Below, one piece after another: positions 35,887-45,273 of a DNA stretch of 56,780 nt (positions within the stretch are counted from its first letter, which is position 1; each line of letters opens with the position of its first letter). The stretch lies in NCBI GenBank assembly GCA_001775715.1, contig MEYC01000003.1, positions 3,999-60,778 of the forward strand. The letters run 5' to 3'. This DNA is from Candidatus Aminicenantes bacterium RBG_16_66_30. Its GTDB lineage: Bacteria > Acidobacteriota > Aminicenantia > Aminicenantales > Saccharicenantaceae. Both the position numbers and the translations under genes were made by a program. The notes under the pieces are model-generated. The model was not told the DNA's origin. It did not search any database and saw nothing but the letters and a program-made list of their open reading frames with translations.

Positions 35887-36886
35887 GTCAGCCAGGCCCG
35901 AGGATTGTCATCCTGTCAACGGCCTGATGGTCCGTCTCATCGACGAGATCTACGGCCGCGAGTCCGAGGAGGTCCGCCGGGCCCTCAAGGCGAATTTCAC
36001 GGAGGGGGCGCTCCAGGAGCTCTGCGGCGAAGAGCACGCCGTCCTCTACGTCGTCGAGGAGGACGGGAAGATCGTGGCCTTCCTCTACGGGTGGTATTTC
36101 CGTTACGTCCTCACGATCTACTGGATCTACAGCCTGAGGGAGTTCCGGGGCAAGGGCGTCGTCAAGGCCCTCCTCAGCCACGCGGAGACGGAGCTGAAAC
36201 CCAAGGGCTGCTGGAAGTTCGAGATGTACGCCTACGCCGAGAACAACCGCTTCCTCGACTTCAGCGCCAAGCTGGGTTTTTCCAAGGGCGTGCTCATCGA
36301 AAAGAGCATGTTCGGGTTCAAGGTCCAGAACATCTACAAGATCATCGCCGAGCCGGACGCGGAGAAAAGGGAGACGAAGATCAAGATCATCGGCGAGGCC
36401 GGCCAGGGCGTCAAGCTCCTGTCCTACACCCTGGGCCAGGTCCTGGCCCAATTGGGGCACGAGGTCTCCCTCAACCTCGCCTACGACGCCTCGGTGAGGG
36501 GCGGGACGATCAGCGCCGACCTCATCTATTCCAGCCGGCCGATCGAGAACCCGGTCATCGACGAGGCCGACGTCCTGATCAAGTTCACGAAGACCCGGGA
36601 CTGGTTCCCGGCCAAGACGCTGGTCATCGACGAGAGCATGTGCCGGGAGGAGTCCCTTTCGTGCAGCATCAAGACGAGCCAGGGGACCAGTTACGGGTTC
36701 GAGGACGTGGCCGTCCAGCTCTTCGGGAGCAAGATCTACATCAACATGATCGCCCTGGGCCGCATCCTCCGCCACATCGGGATCAACATCCTGATCCTCA
36801 ATATCAAGGAGCTCCTGCCGGCCAAGGCGATCGAGAAGAACCTCGAAGCCATCAAATACGGATTCAGCTACCGCGACGATGTCTAA
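35876..36886 (+). CDS. fusion protein: N-terminal GNAT acetyltransferase domain plus C-terminal OFOR gamma subunit
   Basis: Residues 1 to ~150 carry GNAT motif A (LREFRGKGVVKALLSHAE). Residues ~165-336 match the gamma (POR) domain (KIIGEAGQGVKLLSYTLGQVLAQLG...YDASVRGGTISADLIYSS...DVLIKF). It is a single uninterrupted frame. Confidence 0.75.
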   Translation: MTVRSARPEDCHPVNGLMVRLIDEIYGRESEEVRRALKANFTEGALQELCGEEHAVLYVVEEDGKIVAFLYGWYFRYVLTIYWIYSLREFRGKGVVKALLSHAETELKPKGCWKFEMYAYAENNRFLDFSAKLGFSKGVLIEKSMFGFKVQNIYKIIAEPDAEKRETKIKIIGEAGQGVKLLSYTLGQVLAQLGHEVSLNLAYDASVRGGTISADLIYSSRPIENPVIDEADVLIKFTKTRDWFPAKTLVIDESMCREESLSCSIKTSQGTSYGFEDVAVQLFGSKIYINMIALGRILRHIGINILILNIKELLPAKAIEKNLEAIKYGFSYRDDV

Positions 36887-36915
36887 GATTCCAGGGGACG
36901 CCGGCCCTCCCGAGA

Positions 36916-36944
36916 TTGACTTCAGGGGGCCTTTCTGTTAAATA
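36916..36944 (+). promoter_or_regulatory. candidate sigma70 promoter giving a near-leaderless secA transcript
   Basis: TTGACT, 17-nt spacer, TAAATA. The -10 ends 7 nt before the secA ATG, and no SD is visible. Confidence 0.4.
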
Positions 36945-36951
36945 ATGGTAA

Positions 36952-39543
36952 ATGTACAAGTGGATTTCCCGCAAGCTGTTCGGCACCGATAACGACCGGA
37001 CCCTCAGGAAGATCCAGCCCCTCGTCGCTCCCATCAACGACCTCGAGCCCCGCATCCAGCCCCTGACGGACGACCAGCTCCGGGCAAAGACCGCCGAGTT
37101 CAAGGAGAAGCTCGCCCAGGGCGCCTCCGTGGACGACATCCTCCCCGAGGCCTTCGCCGTCGTCCGCGAGGCCTCCCGCCGGACGACCCGGATGCGCCAC
37201 TTCGACGTCCAGCTCGTCGGCGGCGTCGTTCTCCACCAGGGCAGGATCGCCGAGATGAAGACGGGCGAGGGAAAAACGCTCGTCGCGACCCTCCCGGCCT
37301 ACCTCAACGCCCTTTCGGGCCAGGGCGTCCACATCGTCACGGTCAACGACTACCTGGCCAAGCGCGACACGGAGTGGATGGGGGCCATCTACCGCTTCCT
37401 CGGCCTCTCGGTCGGGACGATCCAGCACGCCCTCGGGGACGCCGAGCGCTACACGGCCTACCGGGCCGACATCACCTACGGCACGAACAACGAGTTCGGC
37501 TTCGACTATCTCCGCGACAATATGAAGTTCCGCCTGGCCGACCTGGCCCAGCGCGAGTTCAGCTACGCCATTGTCGACGAGGTCGACAGCATCCTCATCG
37601 ACGAGGCCCGGACGCCCCTCATCATCTCCGGGCCGACCAACGAGTCGACCCAGCTCTTCACCCGCGTCGACAGCCTGGTCCGGCGGTTCCAGAAGGACAA
37701 GCACTTCACCCTCGACGAGAAGAGCCGGACCGTCTCCATCCAGGACCCCGGCGTCGCCGAGGCCGAGCGCGTCCTCGGCGTCACCAACCTCTACGACATG
37801 GCCAACATGGACCTCGTCCACGCCATGAACACGTCGCTCAAGGCCCACCACCTCTTCAAGCTCGACGTCGACTACATGGTCCAGGACGGCAAGATCGTCA
37901 TCGTCGACGAGTTCACCGGGCGGCTCATGCCCGGCCGCCGCTACAGCGACGGGCTCCACCAGGCCCTCGAGGCCAAGGAGCGGGTCAAGGTCGAGGAGGA
38001 GTACCAGACCCTGGCCTCGGTGACCTTCCAGAACTACTTCCGCATGTACAAGAAGCTGGCCGGGATGACCGGCACGGCGGCCACCGAGGCGACCGAGTTC
38101 CGCCACATCTACGGCCTCGACGTCGTCGAGATCCCCACGAACAAGACCCTCATCCGCTTGGAAAACCCCGACGTCATCTACCGGACCGGCGGCGAGAAGT
38201 GGAACGCCGTCGTCGAGGAGATCACCGATCTCAGCCAGAGGGGCCGCCCTGTCCTCGTCGGCACGATCTCGATCGAGAAGTCCGAGCACCTCAGCACGCT
38301 CCTCCGCCGCAAGAACATCAAGCACGTCGTCCTCAACGCCAAGTACCACGAGCAGGAGGCCCAGATCATCGCCCAGGCGGGCCGCATCGGGTCCGTGACG
38401 ATCGCCACGAACATGGCCGGCCGCGGCGTCGATATCCTCCTCGGCGGCAATCCCGAATACCTGGCCCGGGAGCAGCTCAAGAAGACGGGCGGCGACCCGG
38501 CCAAGGTCACGGCGGAACAGTTCGAAAAGGCCTTCCAAGAGGTCTCCGCCGTCACGCAGAAGGAGCACGAGGACGTCGTCGCCCTCGAGGGGCTCCATGT
38601 CCTCGGCACCGAGCGCCACGAGGCCCGGCGCATCGACAACCAGCTCCGGGGCCGGGCCGGCCGCCAGGGAGACCCGGGATCGTCGCGCTTCTACCTCTCC
38701 CTCGAAGACGACCTCATGCGCATCTTCGGCAGCGAACGCATCTCAGGTCTCATGGCCCGGATCGGCATGGGCGACGGGGTCCCCATCGAACACAATATGA
38801 TCACCCGGGCCATCGAGCGGGCCCAGAAGCAGGTCGAGGGCCAGAACTTCACCGTCCGCAAGCACCTCCTCGAATACGACGACGTCATGAACAAGCAGAG
38901 GGAAACGATCTACGGCCAGCGCCGCAAGATCCTCAAGGGCGAGGACCAGCACGACTACTTCCTCGGCCTCATCGACAACCTCGTCGACTGGATGCTCGAC
39001 ACCCACGCCAACAAGGACACGTCGCCGGAGGAGTGGGGCCGCGAGGGCCTCCACAAGGCCGTTTTGGCCCAGTTCGGGCTGGACGTCGGGACGCTCGGCA
39101 TCGACTGGGACACCGTCGTGCACGACGAGCTGCGGGCGGCGCTCGTCAAGGGCCTGGTCGCGGCCTACGAGGCCAAGGAGCGGCAGCTCGGCCCGTTCAT
39201 GCGCGAGTTCGAGCGGATGATCCTCCTCCAGGTCATCGACTCCCAGTGGAAGGACCACCTGCTCGAGATGGACCACCTCAAGGAGGGCATCGGGCTGCGC
39301 GGCTACGGCCAGAAGGACCCCCTCATCGAGTACAAGAAAGAGGGCTTCGAGATGTTCCAGTCCATGCTCGACCGGATCGAGGAGGACGCCGTGCGCTATC
39401 TCTTCCTCATCCAGCCCGTCATCGACCAGCCCGCGCCGGTCCGCCGGCAGGCGCCGGTCTTTTACCAGCAGCCCCAGGGGGCGTCGGGCCAGAGGTCCAA
39501 GCAGGCCCGGGCCATGATCCCCGGCAAGCGGCACAAGCACTGA
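36952..39543 (+). CDS. secA: preprotein translocase ATPase SecA
   Basis: [21 protein letters not shown]-terminus; Walker [14 protein letters not shown]; DEAD-like [19 protein letters not shown]; helicase motif [10 protein letters not shown]. The C-terminus lacks the Cys-rich zinc finger. Confidence 0.97.
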   Translation: MYKWISRKLFGTDNDRTLRKIQPLVAPINDLEPRIQPLTDDQLRAKTAEFKEKLAQGASVDDILPEAFAVVREASRRTTRMRHFDVQLVGGVVLHQGRIAEMKTGEGKTLVATLPAYLNALSGQGVHIVTVNDYLAKRDTEWMGAIYRFLGLSVGTIQHALGDAERYTAYRADITYGTNNEFGFDYLRDNMKFRLADLAQREFSYAIVDEVDSILIDEARTPLIISGPTNESTQLFTRVDSLVRRFQKDKHFTLDEKSRTVSIQDPGVAEAERVLGVTNLYDMANMDLVHAMNTSLKAHHLFKLDVDYMVQDGKIVIVDEFTGRLMPGRRYSDGLHQALEAKERVKVEEEYQTLASVTFQNYFRMYKKLAGMTGTAATEATEFRHIYGLDVVEIPTNKTLIRLENPDVIYRTGGEKWNAVVEEITDLSQRGRPVLVGTISIEKSEHLSTLLRRKNIKHVVLNAKYHEQEAQIIAQAGRIGSVTIATNMAGRGVDILLGGNPEYLAREQLKKTGGDPAKVTAEQFEKAFQEVSAVTQKEHEDVVALEGLHVLGTERHEARRIDNQLRGRAGRQGDPGSSRFYLSLEDDLMRIFGSERISGLMARIGMGDGVPIEHNMITRAIERAQKQVEGQNFTVRKHLLEYDDVMNKQRETIYGQRRKILKGEDQHDYFLGLIDNLVDWMLDTHANKDTSPEEWGREGLHKAVLAQFGLDVGTLGIDWDTVVHDELRAALVKGLVAAYEAKERQLGPFMREFERMILLQVIDSQWKDHLLEMDHLKEGIGLRGYGQKDPLIEYKKEGFEMFQSMLDRIEEDAVRYLFLIQPVIDQPAPVRRQAPVFYQQPQGASGQRSKQARAMIPGKRHKH

Positions 39544-41031
<1,488 letters not shown>

Positions 41032-41043
41032 TAGGAGGGAACC

Positions 41044-41460
41044 ATGTCGGATTATTGGATCAAGACGATCCTGGCGTCCCTGCTCCTCGGCACAGGCCTG
41101 GTGTCCTTCCTGACCATGATGGCCCGTTTCGGCCGGCCGGGGGACGAGATCCGTTCGGAGAGGCTGCGCAAGATCCACAAATGGGCAGGATATGTCTTTA
41201 TAGCGCTTCTGGCGCCCTTGGCCTATTTCGGGGTGAATTTCCTCGCCGAGATGGGCGACGGCTTATCGCCGCGGGGGACCTTCCATTTCGTCCTGGCCAT
41301 GGCGCTCGTGGCGGTGCTCCTGCTCAAGTTCCTGATCGTCAAGACCTACCGGCAGCTCTTGCGCTATGCCAACACCCTGGGCATGACGCTGTTCACCCTG
41401 ACACTGATCATCTTCCTTATAACGGCCGGTTACTTCCTGGTCCAGAAGCTTGCGGTCTGA
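41044..41460 (+). CDS. hypothetical 4-TM membrane protein
   Basis: Four hydrophobic helices, host-like codon bias, 12 nt after guaB. No recognisable family. Confidence 0.6.
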   Translation: MSDYWIKTILASLLLGTGLVSFLTMMARFGRPGDEIRSERLRKIHKWAGYVFIALLAPLAYFGVNFLAEMGDGLSPRGTFHFVLAMALVAVLLLKFLIVKTYRQLLRYANTLGMTLFTLTLIIFLITAGYFLVQKLAV

Positions 41461-41483
41461 AACTGGCCCAGGCCTGAAGGGCC

Positions 41484-42212
41484 TCACTTGATCCGCTTGA
41501 GATAGCCCTTCGCGCACATGGTCAGCAAGAACTTCTCGCGGCTGCTGTCGGAGACGAACCGGTCATCGGTCTTCAGGAACTCCTCGACCGCTTCCATGGG
41601 GCCGGGCCCGAATTCCGGGGTGACCGGATGCCCGTTCAGGTCGGTATCGAAGACGATCATGTACCCCCCGACAGGAACGAATCTCGAATAGAGCCGCAGC
41701 TCTCTCAGAACGTGGTCCTTGCGATGATCCGAGTCGAGGAGGACCAGGGCCGGCTTGTCCTGGACAAGGTCGGCGATCCGCTGGATCGTGTCCGGGCCCA
41801 CGGAGTCGCCGACGATCGGGATCACACGGGATCGAAAGACCGGGAACTCCAGCGCCCGGTCGATCTGGTCCTGGATATCTACCGTGATGATCTTGGCGGC
41901 CGACTCGAGTCCCTGGAGCACCGTCGCATAGTAGAGGGCAGACCCTCCCCTGAGAGTGCCCGTCTCGATGAGGAAGTCCGGTTCGAGCTCCGCAATGATC
42001 TCCTGGACCATCCACATATCGGTGGGGGTTTGCTGGATCTGGACGCCGTTCCATGAGGTCTGCCTCTGGATCCCCCGGCCGTGATAGAGCCGGAAAAATT
42101 CGGTCACGATGCGCTCCGCGCCCGACGGAGCCCGGACGACCCGCTCCACGACGAAAAGCGTCACAAGGGCGGAGAGGACGGCGACGAGGACGAGCAAGCG
42201 CAGGTTCTTCAT
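41484..42212 (-). CDS. CmcI/cephalosporin-hydroxylase-family class I SAM-dependent methyltransferase, N-terminally anchored
   Basis: WNGVQIQQTPTDMWMVQEIIAELEPDFLIETGTLRGGSALYYA matches the CmcI-family signature. Start moved to ATG 42212 (MKNLRLLVLV) after GAGGGAAG. Confidence 0.75.
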   Translation of the reverse strand: MKNLRLLVLVAVLSALVTLFVVERVVRAPSGAERIVTEFFRLYHGRGIQRQTSWNGVQIQQTPTDMWMVQEIIAELEPDFLIETGTLRGGSALYYATVLQGLESAAKIITVDIQDQIDRALEFPVFRSRVIPIVGDSVGPDTIQRIADLVQDKPALVLLDSDHRKDHVLRELRLYSRFVPVGGYMIVFDTDLNGHPVTPEFGPGPMEAVEEFLKTDDRFVSDSSREKFLLTMCAKGYLKRIK

Positions 42213-42219
42213 TCTTCCC

Positions 42220-43065
42220 TCAGGCGCGAAGGCGGACGTTGTCGATGAGGCGGGTCGGGCCGATGAACACGGCCAGGGCGACGAGGACTTCGCCGCGGAC
42301 CTCGCCGACAGGCTCGAGCGTCTCCGGATCGACCGCCTCGACGTAGTCGACCCGGGCCATCGGTTCGGCTTCAAGGACCGACCGGATGCCGGCGACCAGA
42401 CGGGCCGTATCCCGCTCCCCGGCCGCGACCGCCCGCTCGGCCCAGCGCAGGCTCATCGACAGGGCCAGGGCGGCCTTCCTCTCGGCCGGCCCGAGATAGG
42501 CGTTGCGGGAGCTCAGGGCCAGCCCGTCGGGCTCGCGGACGGTCGGGCAGGTGACGACCTCGAGGTCGAGGTCGAGGTCGGCGGCCACCCTCCGGATGAT
42601 GAGGACCTGCTGGGCGTCCTTGGCCCCGAAGAAGGCCAGGTCGGGGCGGACGATCTCGAAGAGCTTGAGGACGACCGTGGCCACGCCCCGGAAATGCCCC
42701 GGCCGGGACCTGCCGCAGAGCTTGTCCTGAAGGCCCTGGACTTCGACAAAGGTCCGATAGTCCAAGGGATAGACCTCCGCGGCAACGGGGTGGAACAGGC
42801 AGTCGACACCGCCCGTCTCGAGGTAGACGATGTCCTTGGCCAGGTCCCGCGGGTACTTTTTGAAATCCTCGTTGGGCCCGAACTGGGTCGGATTGACGAA
42901 GATACTGACGACCGTGACGTCGGTCCGCCGCTTCGATTCCCGGACGAGGCTGAGGTGCCCCTCGTGGAGGTAGCCCATGGTCGGGACGAGCCCGATCCTC
43001 TTCCCGTCCCGCCTCCACCCGCGGGCCAGGGCCTTCATCGCCGAGACGCTCTCGACGACCTTCAT
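42220..43065 (-). CDS. panC: pantoate--beta-alanine ligase
   Basis: VPTMGYLHEGHLSLV (HIGH-like motif); FVNPTQFGPNEDF; SSRN. Start ATG 43065 overlaps the panB stop (ATGA). Confidence 0.95.
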   Translation of the reverse strand: MKVVESVSAMKALARGWRRDGKRIGLVPTMGYLHEGHLSLVRESKRRTDVTVVSIFVNPTQFGPNEDFKKYPRDLAKDIVYLETGGVDCLFHPVAAEVYPLDYRTFVEVQGLQDKLCGRSRPGHFRGVATVVLKLFEIVRPDLAFFGAKDAQQVLIIRRVAADLDLDLEVVTCPTVREPDGLALSSRNAYLGPAERKAALALSMSLRWAERAVAAGERDTARLVAGIRSVLEAEPMARVDYVEAVDPETLEPVGEVRGEVLVALAVFIGPTRLIDNVRLRA

Positions 43066-43949
43066 CTTGTTCCCCGCCCGGGCGCGCACCGGCCCTTTTT
43101 CGGGGCCAGCTCCGCGGCGGCCTCGGGCTTCAGGTGATAGGACGTCGCGTCGTCCGGGAATCGCCCCTTCCGGACGTCCGCGGCGTAGGCCCGGACCGCC
43201 CCGCTCATGATCCCGTGGAGGTCGGCGTACTTCCGGACGAACTTGGGCATATAGCCGTTGGAAAAGCCCATCATGTCGTGGAAGACGAGGACCTGGCCGT
43301 CGCAGGCCGGGCCCGCGCCGATGCCGATCGTCGGGATCTTCACGGCCCGGGTGACCTCGGCGGCGACCTCGACGGGCATGGATTCGAGGACGACGGCGAA
43401 GGCCCCGGCCTTTTCCAGGTTGGCGGCGTCCTCGACGATGCGCCGGGCCTCCTCGGCGAGCTTGCCCTTGACCTTGTACCGGCCGAGATGATGGATGGAC
43501 TGGGGCGTCAGCCCGACGTGGCCCATGACCGGGATCTCGGCCTCGACCATGGCTTCGACGAGCTTCAGGCGCTTTCTCGAGGCGCCCTCGATCTTGACCG
43601 CCGCCGCGCCCCCTTCCTTGAGGAAACGGGAGGCGTTGCGGATGGTCTCGTCGGCGCTGAGGTGGAACGAGAAGTAGGGCATGTCGCCGACGACGAGGGC
43701 CCGCCGGACCGCCCTCGTGACGGCCCCGGTGTGGTGGATCATCTCGTCCATCGTCACGGGCACCGTGTTCTCGTACCCGAGGACGACCATGCCCAGGGAG
43801 TCCCCGACCAGGATGAGGTCGACCCCGGCCTCGTCGAGGAGCTTCGCCGTCGGATAGTCGTAGGCCGTCAGGCAGACGACCTTCGGCCCGACGGTCTTCC
43901 GGGCCCGCAGGGAGGGAATGGTGATCTTTTCGATCGGCGTGTCGGCCAT
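43062..43949 (-). CDS. panB: 3-methyl-2-oxobutanoate hydroxymethyltransferase
   Basis: LTAYDYPTAKLLDEAGVDLILVGDSLGMVVLGYENT; MPYFSF; GHVGLTPQS. Start ATG 43949 after GGAGAAAGGA. Confidence 0.95.
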   Translation of the reverse strand: MADTPIEKITIPSLRARKTVGPKVVCLTAYDYPTAKLLDEAGVDLILVGDSLGMVVLGYENTVPVTMDEMIHHTGAVTRAVRRALVVGDMPYFSFHLSADETIRNASRFLKEGGAAAVKIEGASRKRLKLVEAMVEAEIPVMGHVGLTPQSIHHLGRYKVKGKLAEEARRIVEDAANLEKAGAFAVVLESMPVEVAAEVTRAVKIPTIGIGAGPACDGQVLVFHDMMGFSNGYMPKFVRKYADLHGIMSGAVRAYAADVRKGRFPDDATSYHLKPEAAAELAPKKGRCAPGRGTR

Positions 43950-44067
43950 CGTCCGTCCTTTCTCCCCATCCCGCCTCGACGCGGGATTGAGGTAAAGTCT
44001 CGTTCCTCCGCGGCGGAACGTCGGGTCCCGGGGCGGTCGCGGCCGCCTTCGGGCCATAACCGTGAGC

Positions 44068-44745
44068 CTATCCCTTCTTGACGCCCTTGCCCCCATAGCT
44101 CTGGGGGACGTAGTAGAGGGAGGCCTTCTTCATGTCGCGGATCTGGTCGAGGAGGTCGAGGACGTCCTCCTCGCGTCCGAAGTCGATGTCGTCGGCCTTG
44201 ACGACGAGGAGCGGCGCCCCCTGGTAATTGAAGAAGAAGTAGTCGAAGGCCTCGACGATGTCCTCGAGGTACTTCTCGGAGATGTTCTTCTCGACGGAGT
44301 CCCCCTCCTTGGCGACGCGGCGGGTCAGGGAGGCCAGCGAGATCTGGAGGTAGATGACGAGGTCCGGCTTGGGGACGCGCTCGGAGAGGATGCCGTAGAT
44401 CTTCTCGTAGACGAGGAGCTCGTCGTCGGAGAGCGTCTGATAGGCGTAGATCTTGTCCTTCTCGAAGAGGTAGTCGCAGATGATCCGGTCGACGAACAGG
44501 TCCCTCTGGAGGAGGCGGACCTGCTGGTTGTAGCGGTTGGCCAGGAAGACGAGCTGGGTCAGGAAGGCCGAGCCCTCCTTCTCGCTGTAGAACTCCTTCA
44601 AGTAGGGGTTGCCGACGTTGTCGAAGACGACCTTGCCGCCGATCCTCTGGGCCAGGACGTTGGCCAGGTGGGTCTTCCGCGACCGGAAGACGCCCTCGAT
44701 GGCGATGTGCTTGAACGGGATCTCGAGAGCGCTCTTCATGCCCAT
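44068..44745 (-). CDS. deoxynucleoside kinase family protein with an atypical Walker A (GVFRSRKT)
   Basis: IAIEG...KT P-loop region; DRIICDYLFEKDKIYA (DRS-like motif); LTRRVAKEGDSVEKNI (lid Arg motif). The second Walker glycine is replaced by Arg. Confidence 0.7.
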   Translation of the reverse strand: MGMKSALEIPFKHIAIEGVFRSRKTHLANVLAQRIGGKVVFDNVGNPYLKEFYSEKEGSAFLTQLVFLANRYNQQVRLLQRDLFVDRIICDYLFEKDKIYAYQTLSDDELLVYEKIYGILSERVPKPDLVIYLQISLASLTRRVAKEGDSVEKNISEKYLEDIVEAFDYFFFNYQGAPLLVVKADDIDFGREEDVLDLLDQIRDMKKASLYYVPQSYGGKGVKKG

Positions 44746-44761
44746 CTTGAAAACTGATTAG

Positions 44762-44790
44762 GTTATAACCGAACTCTGACTGTAAGTCAA
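44762..44790 (-). promoter_or_regulatory. candidate sigma70 promoter of the dNK-like/panB/panC/methyltransferase operon
   Basis: Minus strand: TTGACT, 17-nt spacer, TATAAC. Only 16 nt separate the -10 from the ATG, and there is no SD. Confidence 0.45.
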
Positions 44791-44831
44791 CGGACCGCCG
44801 CGGGCCCCGGCCGGGGCCTCTCGCCCCGCCC

Positions 44832-45038
44832 TCAGGCCTGGGAATTGGGCATGGCCATGGGGATGACGATCCAGGCGATGATGTAGAAGAAGGTCATCGG
44901 GAGGACCGCCGTGACCAGGGCCAGCCCGACCCACAGCAGGCGGACGATCGAGACGTCGATGTCGAGGTATTCGGCCAGGCCGGCGCAAACGCCGCCCAGC
45001 ATCTTCTGATTGGCCGACCGGAAGAGCCTCTTGGCCAT
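44832..45038 (-). CDS. PspC-domain membrane protein (68 aa)
   Basis: MLGGVCAGLAEYLDIDVSIVRLLWV is the PspC-domain signature, followed by one TM. AAGGAG lies 6 nt upstream of ATG 45038. The remaining 164 upstream codons of the track ORF cross the intergenic palindrome. Confidence 0.8.
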   Translation of the reverse strand: MAKRLFRSANQKMLGGVCAGLAEYLDIDVSIVRLLWVGLALVTAVLPMTFFYIIAWIVIPMAMPNSQA

Positions 45039-45150
45039 GTTATTCTCCTTTCCGAGGGGGAGGAACGGTCTCCCCTGTTTATTATACGAAATTCCGGACG
45101 ATTCCGCCCACGAAAACGCGGACTCTTCCATTTTCGGGGGAGACCTGGGG

Positions 45151-45203
45151 GAAATCGGGGACATGTAACGATTCTCTGGAATCGGTACGTGTCCCCAGAT
45201 TTC
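45151..45203. repeat. long-form GGGGACAYGTAC palindromic element, inverted twin of 11745..11796
   Basis: GAAATCGGGGACATGTAACGATTC-TCTG-GAATCGGTACGTGTCCCCAGATTTC equals the reverse complement of the 11745..11796 core except for one inserted A. It ends 6 nt before the -35 box of the AOR promoter. Confidence 0.8.
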
Positions 45204-45209
45204 CACATC

Positions 45210-45238
45210 TTGACCCCGGCCCGGCCTCCGGCTAGAAT
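45210..45238 (+). promoter_or_regulatory. candidate sigma70 promoter of the AOR operon
   Basis: TTGACC, 17-nt spacer, TAGAAT, 35 nt upstream of ATG 45274. Confidence 0.5.
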
Positions 45239-45273
45239 TGGGGAGTATTTTCATTCCCTGAAAGGACGCCATC

